Positions 13,155 to 24,175 of a DNA stretch of 64,000 bases are shown here, one piece after another. The stretch is from assembly GCA_030704615.1 (NCBI GenBank), contig CM060734.1:10726001-10790000 (forward strand). Reading direction: 5' to 3'. The position numbers and the translations under genes were made by a program. The notes beneath the pieces are model-generated. The model searched no databases and had not been told where the DNA came from. It saw only the letters and a program-made list of their open reading frames with translations. Each line of letters opens with the position of its first letter. Position 1 is the stretch's first letter. This stretch comes from Takakia lepidozioides. Its lineage: Eukaryota > Plantae > Bryophyta.

Positions 13155-14609
13155 TCACATGCAGTAGTGCTTGCACCGGACACCGTTCACCAAGTTGGTG
13201 AACTCCACTCCCCTTAGTGTCTCTAGTTGTAATGAGCCGTTGTCAAAGACTGTCTTGACGAGATAAGGGCCCATCCAGTATGAGTCGAAATTGGCTTTGA
13301 ACTCCTCGTTCCGACTGTCGAATAATAGTACAAGATCTCCTGGATCGAAGATTCTCTTTTTGCGCTTAGCATTGAAGTGAGCCTTCCTTCGCCGTTGCAC
13401 TGCCTTAATGTGTTGAGCTGCTGCTTGCCGGAGTTCATCCAGTCCTTCCAACATCTCGAGTCGTTCCTTTAATGACTCTGATGTCACCAACCGTTCGGTA
13501 ATGACCAATCGTAGAGATGGGATTTCTGTCTCGATTGGCATGATGGACTCTACCCCATAAACCAATGAAAAGGGGGTATGTCGAGTAGTTACCTTATGGG
13601 TTGTGCGAAATGCCCACAAAGCCGAAATTAACTTGGTGTCCCAATCCCTCTTGTGCTCCCTGATTGTCTTGGAGAGAATGTTGCACAGGGTTTGGTTGGC
13701 GCGCTCCACCTGCCCACTCGTTTGTGGATGATAAGGGGTTGCCTTTCGATGCTTGATGGAGAATGCCACCATCATTTCCTCGATGACGTCGTTGATGAAG
13801 TGAGATCCTCTGTCACTCACTATCTCTTTTGGGCATCCGAATCGAAAAATGATATATTCATAAATGAAAGAGGCGGTGTGCATTGGCCCTCTTAACCGCT
13901 TTGGCTTCTGCCCACTTGGTCAGATACTCAGTGGCTACAATGATGTAGCGATTTTTTCGACTCGATGTAGGGTGCACTTCCCCTACATAGTCGATCCCCC
14001 ACTTCTCAAACGGAGCAAGGGGGAGAGTGGGAACTAACGGCATTCCAAGTCCCGCTTGGCGTACCTTTGACAAGAGTCGCATTTTCGCACATGCATGTGC
14101 ACATCTTTGAACATGGAGGGCCAGTAGTATCCTGCCCTCAAAGCCTTCTACACTGTGAGCCGCCCTGCAAAGTGTCCTCCGCACATGCTATCATGGGCTG
14201 ACTCTAAGATCTGGGGAACCTCCTCCGGGGTGACGCATCGCCTCAAGAGTCCATCCAATCCCCTTCTATAAAGTTGCCCTCCCACAAGAGCAAACTTCAT
14301 GCTGCGCAGTCGAAGCCTTCGTCGCGCATGTCGATCCAATCTTGGGGGAAATTCCAGGGTGCTTAAATACTGAGCTATGTGTTCATACCATGGAGGAACG
14401 GTCTCTATAGAGAACAAAAATGCATCCGGGAAGTCATCGTCAATAGGCTCGGCCCCTGTTTCCTCCGACAATCGGGAAAGGTGATCGGCCTGAGCATTAA
14501 GCCTTCCGGGCTTGTAGACTACCTTGTAGTCGAATTCCTGAAGCAGAATAACCCACCTGGCTATTCTTCCCGTCAAATCGGGTTTGTTGATCAGGTATCG
14601 TGATGCCAT
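13155..14609 (-). pseudogene. Gypsy integrase (HHCC, rve core, GPY motif)
   Basis: AHDSMCGGHFAG; PFEKWGIDYVG; TEYLTKWAEA; FGCPKEIVSDRGSHF; YHPQTSGQVERAN; WMGPY; frameshifted. Confidence 0.93.
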
Positions 14610-14613
14610 GTGA

Positions 14614-15942
14614 TCAACAAAAAAAAATGAAAGGTGTCTCCAATAGGTAATGCCGATACATTTTTAAGGCAAAAATCATTCCCAGAGCCTCCCGCTCCGT
14701 GGTGCTATACCTCGTTTCGGCGAATGTCAGCTGTCGACTGGCGAAAGATATTGGATGATCATGGCCATCAGCATCTGGTTGGCACAGGGCATAGCCTATG
14801 GCCACTGCTGAAGCATCAACGTAAACATAGAAAGGCCTGTTCCAATCGGGAGCGGCCAAAATGGGAGCGGACACCAAGCGCTGCTTGAGTGTCTCGAAAG
14901 ACTCCTGACACCCTGTATCCCAGGAAAATATCTGGTTCTTCTTCAATAATCAAGTCAGAGGTAAGGCCTCTGCTGCATACTTGTCCATAAATTTCCTATA
15001 CCACCTTGTGTGGCCAAGGAACCCTTTCACCTTAGATGATGTCTCTAGTGCAGGCAATTCGACTATGGCGCTCACCTTTGCTGGATCTGTCGCCACGCCA
15101 TCTTTGGACACTATGTGCCCTAGTAGCAGTCCATGTGTGACTGCAAACACGCACTTCATTGGGTTGAGAGAGATCCCATTCTCCCTGCACCGGATGAAGC
15201 ACTCCCGTAATGCTGCAACGTGATCTTTTGCATCCCCATTGCAACAAAAGTCATCTAAGAAGATGACCAAATTTCTTCTCACGATGTCTGAAAAGGCATA
15301 CGTCATGACCCTCTGAAACGTCAGGGGTACGTTGCACAAGCCAAAGGGCATCCGTGTATAGGCAAAGGTGCCCCATGGTGAAGTAAAGGTGGTTTTCAGC
15401 ACGTCATTTGGGTCAATCAATAGCTGATTGTACCCTGAAAAGCCATCCATGAAGGAGTAGAGCTCCTTTCCTGCTACTTCTTCCACCAAAGTATCTATGA
15501 ATGGCAAGAGAAAATGATCCTTGTGTGTTACCTTGTCAAGGGGGCGGAAGTCCATGCATACCCTTAGGCCTCCATTCTTCTTTTAGACGATCACCATCGG
15601 GGACATCCATGTTGATGTTTCCACCGGGAAAATAAATTCTGCGGCCAGCAGCTTCTCAATCTCTGTTTTAATGAGCAGTGCTAAGTTGGGGTTCACCCTC
15701 CTCTCGCGTTGTCGTCTTGGGGGGCTCCCGGAATCAGGGGAATGGAATGCATTGCCACGTAAGAAGGCACTCCCTTCAATTCGGTGTAGGACCATGCAAA
15801 AATGTCCCGAAATTCCTTGAACAGTGCCTGATACTCCAAGGCCTACTCTGTTGTCAAGTGGGCTCCCACCTTCACCATCTTTGGTGACTCTCCTCCAACT
15901 GCCATGTCGATCAACTGCATCGTTGGTTCCGATGTGAAACAC
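14614..15942 (-). pseudogene. Gypsy reverse transcriptase + RNase H
   Basis: WMSPMVIV...MDFRPLDK...MDGFSGYNQ...MPFGLCN...FLDDF; YVDASAVAIG...YSTTEREAL; internal stops. Confidence 0.93.
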
Positions 15943-16501
15943 GACCTCGGCTCAAATCGAGATCCGTTTGATCCCTGCTGCAAATAAGGAATGTAGGGGG
16001 CGTTATGTTTCAGGACATCCCTTTCTAGGTCGACCTCCTCTACAATTCTCATATCTAGAATCTCGTCATTTTCCTCCTGAGGAATCTCTTCTTCTTGCAG
16101 ACCAACCCGTTCGGCGGATATGGAAAAAAGTTCGGTCAATGACTCGAACTCTGGAAGTGCCTATGTTGATACCGAGTGTATCATCACTTCCCTGCCTTGG
16201 GTTTCTCCGAACAACCAGGCCATGCAGTCTACATCAGACTCGCATTCATACAATCCCGGTCCTAGAGACTTGATTGCGTCTTCTAGTCCTACCTTCCTTC
16301 GCTTAACCTCCCTGTGAGGCACGGCCGCTGTTGCTAAAACTCGGTGGGCGTGCGAGGTGGGGAGGAGCTCTCCCTCTAACCACAAATCCTTCGCACTCAA
16401 GTCTGCAGACTCCTCTTCAGAGCCAATCATGCTGAGCTCATCCTCATCTGTTTCTTCGTGAGGTGCTCCAGAAAGAAATGCAACAGTAGTAGTGTAAGGT
16501 C

Positions 16502-16951
16502 TTACCCCATAAGTAATGGTGCCTGCCCCCAGTCCATTCGTGCCCTGGACTGGACCAACCATGGCCTCCCTAATAGGAGTGCATACGAATATTCGTCGAT
16601 GGGGAAGTCTATGATTTGGAAGTCTACTGCATACGTGTAGCCTCCTGTCTTCATCTTTACATTTGCTATGTGACCCACTGGTCGGATCTTCCGCTGGTCA
16701 GCTAGCCTGATTGTCTGAGGGGATTCCCCTATCATGTTCAAACCCAGTTTGGATAGAGTGGAGAACGGCATGATGTTGACTGAGCTCCCATCATCCACTA
16801 AACAACGCCGTATGAATCGGTCAGCAATTCCCACTTCTATCTCTACTAGACCTGGGTCGATGTGAGCATTGATATGTTGGGCCTGAGCAGAAGTGCTCAC
16901 TCGCTTCCTCAACAATGATGCCTTAAGAGCGTGGCGGACTGTGGGCGCCAT
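16502..16951 (-). pseudogene. Gypsy aspartic protease
   Basis: CLVDDGSSVNIM...LLGRPWL. Confidence 0.88.
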
Positions 16952-17819
16952 GGCTATGAGCTGTGCAAATGTAATGTTTGTTTAAATATGGCGAAGATCC
17001 TCCATTAAATTGTACGGTTCTAGCTCGTCTGCGAACCGCATAGTTGAATGCATCCTCCTCTGGGGAAGCTTTTTTGTCGCCGGACTCTTCGCTCTTGATT
17101 CAGGGGGTTGAGAAATGGTTGGTCGGACTATTGGAGATTCCGCCTCTGCAAATGCTACCTCCTTATCTTTGGGATGGATGTCTTCCTCCTCCCGAAGCAC
17201 AGTCTCCGCCACCTTTCGTGCATCTGACTTCATTACTGTGAAGTTCAGATCCTCCCATTCCGATGTGGATGTGGTTGACTCCGACGCCTCATACCCAGGG
17301 CCTTTCCCTAGCGTGTCTCGTTGTTGTCGGGTCATCACTGCGTAGCTACCTTTATCGGGGCTAGCTGTCGCTGTTGGAGTGGCCTCCGGCTCACTCGCAA
17401 TCCAATTTACTTGGTGTTGCGTCTCCTGAAGGCGCGTTGTATGATTGGGTTGTACGTTGGTCTGCTGTTGCTGAGGTGGCGCCGAGGTAGACGCTTGATG
17501 TCCTCCCTGCACCCTTACATCCTGAGGGGGAGACCACGTGTTAGAAGAACCCTGGGCTATCTGAGCCACAAGATTTGAATAAGGTGCTTGGGCAGCCTGT
17601 CCCTGAGCGGCATTGCCCCCTGAGTATGATGGACCTGCCTGATCCGGCCTAGGTCGTTGTGCTATCTGCGTTGGGGTAGCAAAATACATGCTATGCTATT
17701 GCGGTAGAGGGTTGGGTGGTTCAGTCACATACTGATCCGGGAATGGAGCTCATTGCCCTTCCAAATTCCTCTCTACTTGCTGGATGGTGGCAGGGGCCGG
17801 TCGGTCCACCTGCCTCCGG

Positions 17820-19460
17820 GAACATCTCTCCAAGGGATGGCCTCTTTGGCCATAATGCAAACATACTATATCACTCCAACAGTCTTGTGTTGGGTGTGTG
17901 GTTTTGCCACATTTTTGACAACCTTTCCTGGATTGACTGAATTGTCGTTTTGATCTATCCTGATAAGTCGGGTTTCGGCTTACCTACCTCTCCCGGGTGG
18001 GATAAGGACAATGTTGAGCAGCATGCCCAGGACCGTCGCAGTTGGAGCACCATACCTTTGCCGGGTTGGGGCCGGATTCTCCTACTGGAGTAGCATCTCG
18101 ATACCCTACGTAGCCTGGTGATCTGCTGGTCGATGGAGCTCATGCGATCGCCCATTGTTTTGATGGTTTTGATGAGAGAGGTGACTTGCGCCTCCAAATG
18201 GCCCACCCGTGAATCAGACTGCCCAGTGGAATCTGCATACGAGTTAGTAGGGGCAGCATTCGTATATTGTAGCACGGTCGGTGCTACTGCTGGTGTAGGG
18301 GATGTCGCCGGGGCGTATGGTTGTGCTTTTCCTACATATGACGGCGTATAGTGTAGAGCGGGTTGGATCACCGCTAATGGCGTCGGCTCCTGCGTGGGCT
18401 CGATCGTAATGTATGATGGAAGTGCAAAGTTGGGCATCTTGGCCCGTTGTACCTGGCGATGCTTGTTGTCGAACTCCTTGCCGGCTTGTATGGCATCTAC
18501 CAGTGTTGCAGGTCTTTGCTGCAAAACCTGAAAGTGAGTGGTCTCTCGTAATCCACTCAGAAAACAATCCTTCAGTACCCCATCATCTAGGGGGGTTAAA
18601 GGGTTTTGGAGTTGCATCAACTCCCGAAATCGCATTTCAAAGTCCGCCACCTCCTCTGTGGGGCCTTGGCGGATCCTGGCCAGTGCCATCAAGACACTGG
18701 TGAACTGGTGGACCGCTCAAAAATGATCTAAAAATGCGTCCCGAATCTGTTGCGAAATGATTGGCTGGGAACGTTGCCAACCATTCCATGCCCTTCCTGG
18801 TTAGTGAACAAGGAAATAATCGGATCATTTCCTGTAAATAGTGCACATGTTCTCAAATTGATTAAGATGGATATCTGGATCAGATTTCCCATCATACAGA
18901 GGAAATGGTGGTTGGGTTTTGCTTGCTGCTAGAGCCATTAGTGCTGCTGGTGCAACTGGTGCTGCAGTTTGTCCAAACTGAAACGGTCCAGCTGCTGTTG
19001 ATGGTGTTGGTGTTGGGACTGTCACTACTAAGGGTGTTGCTGGTGTTTGTCTTCCAAACAGAGATTCAAAACTCGGAGGTCCTTGTCCCAAAGATAGCCG
19101 GCTACCAGCTGTTGTCCCTACTAAGCTTAATGAATCTTTAAAAGCTTTGAGTGCGGTTCTGGTTATCCTTTCTGGAGAAGTAGTTTCACTTCTCTCACCT
19201 TCTTCACTCAAAATATTCTCAAACTTTTCTTCCAATATTTCAGCAAAACCTTGATTTGGACTTGTTACTGTAGAAGGTCCTTTAGACCTTTCTTGTGGTA
19301 ACCATTCGCCTAGTGCATTACTTGCAACTCCTTCTGGTGTAGTGTTCTCACTTTCTGGAGATCGGATTTCCTGATCTTCTGGTTTATCACTGTCAGTTTG
19401 TCTTGATGCCTCTCCTTGAATAATATTCAAGTTCTGTAATTCAGGGAACTCTTTTCTCAA
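17820..19460 (-). pseudogene. Gypsy Gag with three zinc knuckles
   Basis: YDGKSDPDIHLNQF...LFPCSL...W; IRQGPTEEVADFEMRF; knuckles CSNCDGPGHAAQHC, CQKCGKTTHPTQDC and degenerate CLHYGQRGHPLERC. Confidence 0.85.
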
Positions 19461-20149
19461 ACGAGCTTCCCTTTATGCAGCATATTTCTCTATTCTTTCA
19501 GTTTTTTCTTGCTTAGTTTTTTCCTTATTTTCTTCATTCATTCCCACATCATATATAGAATTCTTGTTCAGTACCCTTTCATAAGACTTGGTATGTCAGT
19601 AAAGAAAATTATAGTGGTCTCTACCCTTTCTCCAAGATTACACCATCCTGCCAAAATCCATAGCACGACTTAATTTTCCTTTACTGATTGATCACCAATC
19701 TTTTAATGGGCACAATAATACCATTTGTCTTTCTCAGTGTATCTGATTTGTAACAAGTCTTTGGGTATCCAGTATTCTACTGCTTCTATGATCATATGAC
19801 AATATTCATAATTTGAACATCCTTCCCTGAAGATATAACTAGTGTAGCAAATTTCTGATTGGTAATAGAGTAATCAATAAAGCTAGACGAGACAACCACT
19901 CCTCACTTCTGATTCTGCATTCCCAAGGTGCTTGTGCAATACTGATCACTCCTCCCTTTAATCCCCATTTGTCATCTTCTTTCGCAATTGAAAGAAAGAT
20001 CTTTTGTTGTATTGCTACTGGTAAGCCATGAATTTTTTCCATGAATGCTTTCCATTCCTTTGCTTCCGTTGATTCGTTCTTTCGTGATTTAAAAAAATCA
20101 TTGAGTAGCCATCCTTCCTTGAGTTCACTGGAACTTAAGATACTGTTAT

Positions 20150-20167
20150 TCCCCAGTATGGTCGCCA
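20150..20167 (-). other. Primer binding site (tRNA-Arg-like)
   Basis: TGGCGACCATACTGGGGA, 2 nt inside the LTR end ...TAACA; resembles the Arg-type PBS of Ogre/Tat elements. Confidence 0.7.
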
Positions 20168-20169
20168 AA

Positions 20170-20988
20170 TGTTAACCACTGGTTTATGACTTAGACAAAA
20201 CAGGCTCTCAGCACTACTGCCCATTTCCCAAGACATGCAACAGAGGTTGTCCAATGGTATGCTTTCGGAAACAATTACAGAGTGACATGCAATCTCATTA
20301 GCCTAAAAGATCTTAGTCGGAAAGGCTGAAGCCTCTTTGTTCATACAGCCAAACAATATACAAGACAATCAAGAGCTATTCTGAGACGATGCACATTCTC
20401 ACTATCTCACGTTCTCTCATAATGCACATTCTCTCCATCTCACAATCACTCTACACAGAGATACTTGGAATAGCATGGCTTTACTTCAGAGTCATCACAT
20501 CATAGCACAAGTATACATCAAATCACTCTGATTCCACTGGATACACAATGATCCCTTCTAAATTGCGTGCAACCCTTTTATACTATGCTCAAAAAAGCCG
20601 TTACAGCCTGCGGTCGTTAATGACCGTTGCCTAACTGCCTACGCAACCTAAAAGGTTTGCCAAAAAAGTGGCCCGTGGTCGTGGTCGTGGTCGTGACTCG
20701 TGGTCGTGTGCCTTAGTGGTACACGGCCCACGGTCCCTCATTGCTCCTTCTACGAGTAAAGCCTATGCTACTGTGGCCGTGTGATATCGTGGTTCACGGT
20801 CCACGGCTCCTACACTACCCACTACTGCTCCTCGTGGTAGTGTGTCCCGTGCTTCGCTGCTGCTAAGTGCCGAGCACTTAGCCTTTTCTGCCTCGTGGCC
20901 GGGTAGTGTGAAATAAATCACTACCCGCCATGTATCCTCGTGGCTTTAGCTGTCCTGCCCTCGTGGCACTTACACTTAGCCGTTATCA
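20170..20988 (-). repeat. 5' LTR of the minus-strand gypsy element (819 bp)
   Basis: TGTTAAC...GTTATCA termini (6/7 inverted match), adjacent PBS, TATA-like TATAAAA on the minus strand at ~20576-20582, CGTGG-rich U3. Confidence 0.82.
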
Positions 20989-22065
20989 GCGACCAAGGTG
21001 TAGGGAGCTATTCCGGACTGCCATCTACCAAAGGGAATTTCCACTAGGCCCAAAGTGGTGGAGGGTCTTTTGGAGGCGCAAGGGGGACCATTATGCCTCG
21101 GTGAGCAGCCGAAGCTCCGAGTTGGTCCGGCGGCCAGTTTGGGAGTTAGGCGTGCACATCAAAGCGAGTAACTATGACTTGAAGGGGAGTTTACCGAAGT
21201 GAGGTGCGTGACACTAGGTATCAAAGCTTAGAGTTCAGTACGCGATCGTCGTTGAGATCGGCCTCACCATGGGGTCGGGCAGGACAAAGCGAAAGCGGAA
21301 CAGCCCAAAAGACGATGATCCCAGTGAGCCCAGTGGGGGCGACGTGTCACCGAAGCGACAAATGGAATAGACGATTTATGCTTCTGAAAGCAAGGCCGCT
21401 CAAGAGCGGGAGGAATTTGGGGAGTTGTAGTCCGAGGACTTCCCAAAGGCTCCACCAGACCAACAGATGTCTCCCGTGCCAGCAGCCTTTTGGGAAGGGT
21501 TGTTGGCGCAGTTTGGTGGGACGCTAAAAGACGTGATGAGGGCGGCTAATGCCACTTTCACTAAGGCAAAGTTTAAGGTGAAGCCTAAGGAACCCGACAC
21601 CTTCAAGGGCGTCCGAAATCAGAAGGCACTCAACACCTGGCTCTTGGAGCTGGAGCAGTACTTCCGGGCGGCCAAGTTGAGTGACGAGGATCGGGTGGAA
21701 GTGGCTCCCACCTATTTGAGGGACTATGCTCAACAATGGTGGCAGAAGCGTGTTCATGATCAAGGACCAAACCCAGAAACCTTGAGTTGGAGTGGGTTCA
21801 AGGAACTTATGAAAAGACAGTTTGTGCCCATCAACGCGTCCTGGCTCGCCCGGGACAAGATGATGAACTTGAAGCAAATGGATGACATTCGGGGATATGT
21901 TCAGGCTTTCAATGTGTTATTGCTCGAAGCGCGGATATGGCGGAACCAGAAATGGTCTTCAACTTTGTGGCGGGACTGGCCCCATGGGCCAGGCGGAAGT
22001 TGGAAAAGAGGCCGCCAAAGACTTTGAACGAGGCAATTGAAAGGGCTGAATGCTTCTCGGATGTC
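20989..22065 (+). mobile_element. Second gypsy element: LTR 3' part, tRNA-Met PBS and truncated Gag
   Basis: LTR end ...GTGACA at 21213; AGGTATCAAAGC (degenerate TGGTATCAGAGC) at 21216-21227; Gag KPKEPDTFKG...WLLELEQYF...YLRDYAQQWW...F in ORF 21467-22027. Confidence 0.85.
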
Positions 22066-22139
22066 CCTAGGGGTGGGTTCCCCTAGCACCACGTAGATGA
22101 GATGCGTAGGGTCGAGGGGTATCGTAGGTGGTAGGCGTT

Positions 22140-22930
22140 ATGGCCGACGACGAGCAGCCCCCCCCCCCCTTGGTTTCCTCAGGCGGTCCCCCTGATCCAG
22201 TGTCCTCATCTGATGATTCTCCGCGTCGTACATGCAGTAGCAGCTTGCAGGCTGATTGTGCCCCCCCCCCCCGGTTTGTTTCTTTGCCTGATCTGGACAT
22301 TGTACCCCCGGCTGTGCCTCTGGCATTACATCCTCAACCACCTCCACCTCCACCTCCACGTCCATGTGCCCCCCAAACCCCTAGGAGGGGTCGACTTTGC
22401 CCTAGGTTTCCTCCCCTTCGGCTTGGATGGCCTGAGCCGGATCCTCGCCCCCGATGGGAAGTGCATAGGACTATGTTACTAAGGACCGTTTAGCCTTGTT
22501 GTTGGGGGGAGCACCCCATCCTCATCCTCGAGAATGTGGAGTTCGAGTATTGGGGTAGACGGTATGTTGTGAGAGCCGATACTGACCCTGCTATGGGTCG
22601 GGGTTTATTTACGGTCAATGATATTTTGGTTCCTCCTGGGAGAAACAACATGGTGGACTTGTTTCCCTACTATGGTCCTTACTACATCTCCGGGGAGTTC
22701 CGTACATTATGCCTTGTCGCCCCATACATCCTACCCTATATTTTGTGTGTCAACGGACATGATGTACGTAGACGGGGGTTGTGTTCCATTGAGATCAGAT
22801 TTTGTGATGGTGACCCCGATATCTTCGGCAATGTTGTTGGGCTCATCAACAGTTCTTTGGGTCATCCTAGGAGAACCAATGTAGTATGGGACGAGCGAAG
22901 CGATGGGCATGAGAGCTTTTGTGGTCATAC
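22140..22930 (+). pseudogene. Pro-rich N-terminus + SET-domain-like ORF, one premature stop, 3'-truncated
   Basis: ORFs 22128-22493 and 22536-22988 share a frame, separated only by TAG at 22491-22493; motifs MGRGLF, YYGP and DGDP..GNVVGLINSS...N match the SET motifs GxG, YxG and GN..RFINHS..PN. Confidence 0.65.
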
Positions 22931-24175
22931 GTCGAGGGGGAAGTGGCTAAAGCCTAGGGGGGAATGGCTAAACCCTGGGGGGAAATGAACTACTCTATGA
23001 GGGGGAAATGGCTATTCCTAAAGAGAATACAAGGGGAATACGTATAGGCCCAGGGGAATACTGGGGGAATACTATGGCATATTCATAGGAATATTCGTAG
23101 GGAACTTTGGGAACCTATTGGAACCTATTGGGAACCCATTGGGAACTTGGGAACACATTGGGAACATGGTGACATAGGAAGAGTCATTGGAGGACTGTTT
23201 GGGGTCCTTGGAGGACCATTTGGAGTTCTTTGGAGGACTATTTGGGGTCCTTGGAGGCCAATATTTGGCGAGTCTTTGGCGACTTGTGTGAGGGACTATT
23301 TGGGGTCCTCGAGGGCTAAGTTTTGGCAGGCTCTTGGGGCCTTGGTGTACTGTTTTGGAGTCCCATTATGCAAGGATTGGGAGCCTTAGTGAGATTATTT
23401 GAGAGAGATATTCTTGAGGGCTCCTGGAGAGTTATTTGAGAGACCCTTGAAAGTTAGTCTTGTCTATTGTTCAAGCAAGAGAGTGTGGAGATAGGGTAGT
23501 GGGATGAGGGCATGCTGGGATTAGGAATTGCTTTAGTCTCTCTTCCTTGTAGTCTTTCACCCTTTCCGTAGGTGAAGGCAAGAGTCAGTCCGGGTTTGGG
23601 CTGGGGTGTCATTGTAGGAGCAACACTGTGGAGTGTTTTTGGTGTGGGGGAGTTGTTGTCTTGATTTTCTTGTGTTTGGATCCCCTCCACACCTGCATGC
23701 TTGACTGTGCGCCATGTTAGCTTTGTGTGGGCGCTTGTTTTCATAGGAGGTTGGTCCGGATTTGATCACCGGTCAATCCTAGAGCGAGCTGTCGGTGGTG
23801 AGGCTGGGGTGATGACCAGTCAGACCATCATTGTTTTTCTTATGGTGAGGCTGGGTTGATGACCAGTAGACCATAGGAGTGCTTGCGGTGGATGCAGGTG
23901 CAGGTTTATGTTACGAACCTAGTAGTCTAAGCCATAAGCCGCAACAGGTTCTCTACCCAGTTACCTTGTGGAAAGGGGGATTAGAGACAGATTTACAACA
24001 GGTGTGGTTGTGAGTTTTCATCACGGAGGTGCCACCAGTTGCTGAGGAGAGTGCCGGTGCGAGCACTAGCGATACTAGTGGGTATACAAGACGAGGTGTG
24101 CGGTTTAGGCCACCTTCACCTTCATTGTCTTCTGAGGAAGTTTCAGACTCAGAGTTAGGAGGATTCTCGCCGAGG
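22931..24175 (+). mobile_element. LTR-like fragment plus start of a Gag-like ORF (third LTR element)
   Basis: GGGAAC-type short repeats at 23030-23170; ~30-bp direct repeat at 23797/23844; candidate LTR end ...GCAACA at 23946, followed by a Ser/Glu-rich reading frame. Confidence 0.45.

Larger units (their letters stand above)
11457..20988 (-). mobile_element. Ty3/gypsy non-chromovirus (Athila/Tat/Ogre-like) LTR retrotransposon, 3' LTR missing
   Basis: 5' LTR 20170-20988, then PBS, long pre-gag ORF, gag, PR, RT, RNase H and IN in gypsy order, then a long 3' region with short repeats. No second LTR copy in the window. Confidence 0.9.

Noticed and set aside
23030-23170. Short repeat arrays (also 12790-13020 and 20670-20710) as CRISPR-like
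   Set aside because: Degenerate units without unique constant-length spacers, in a eukaryotic LTR context.
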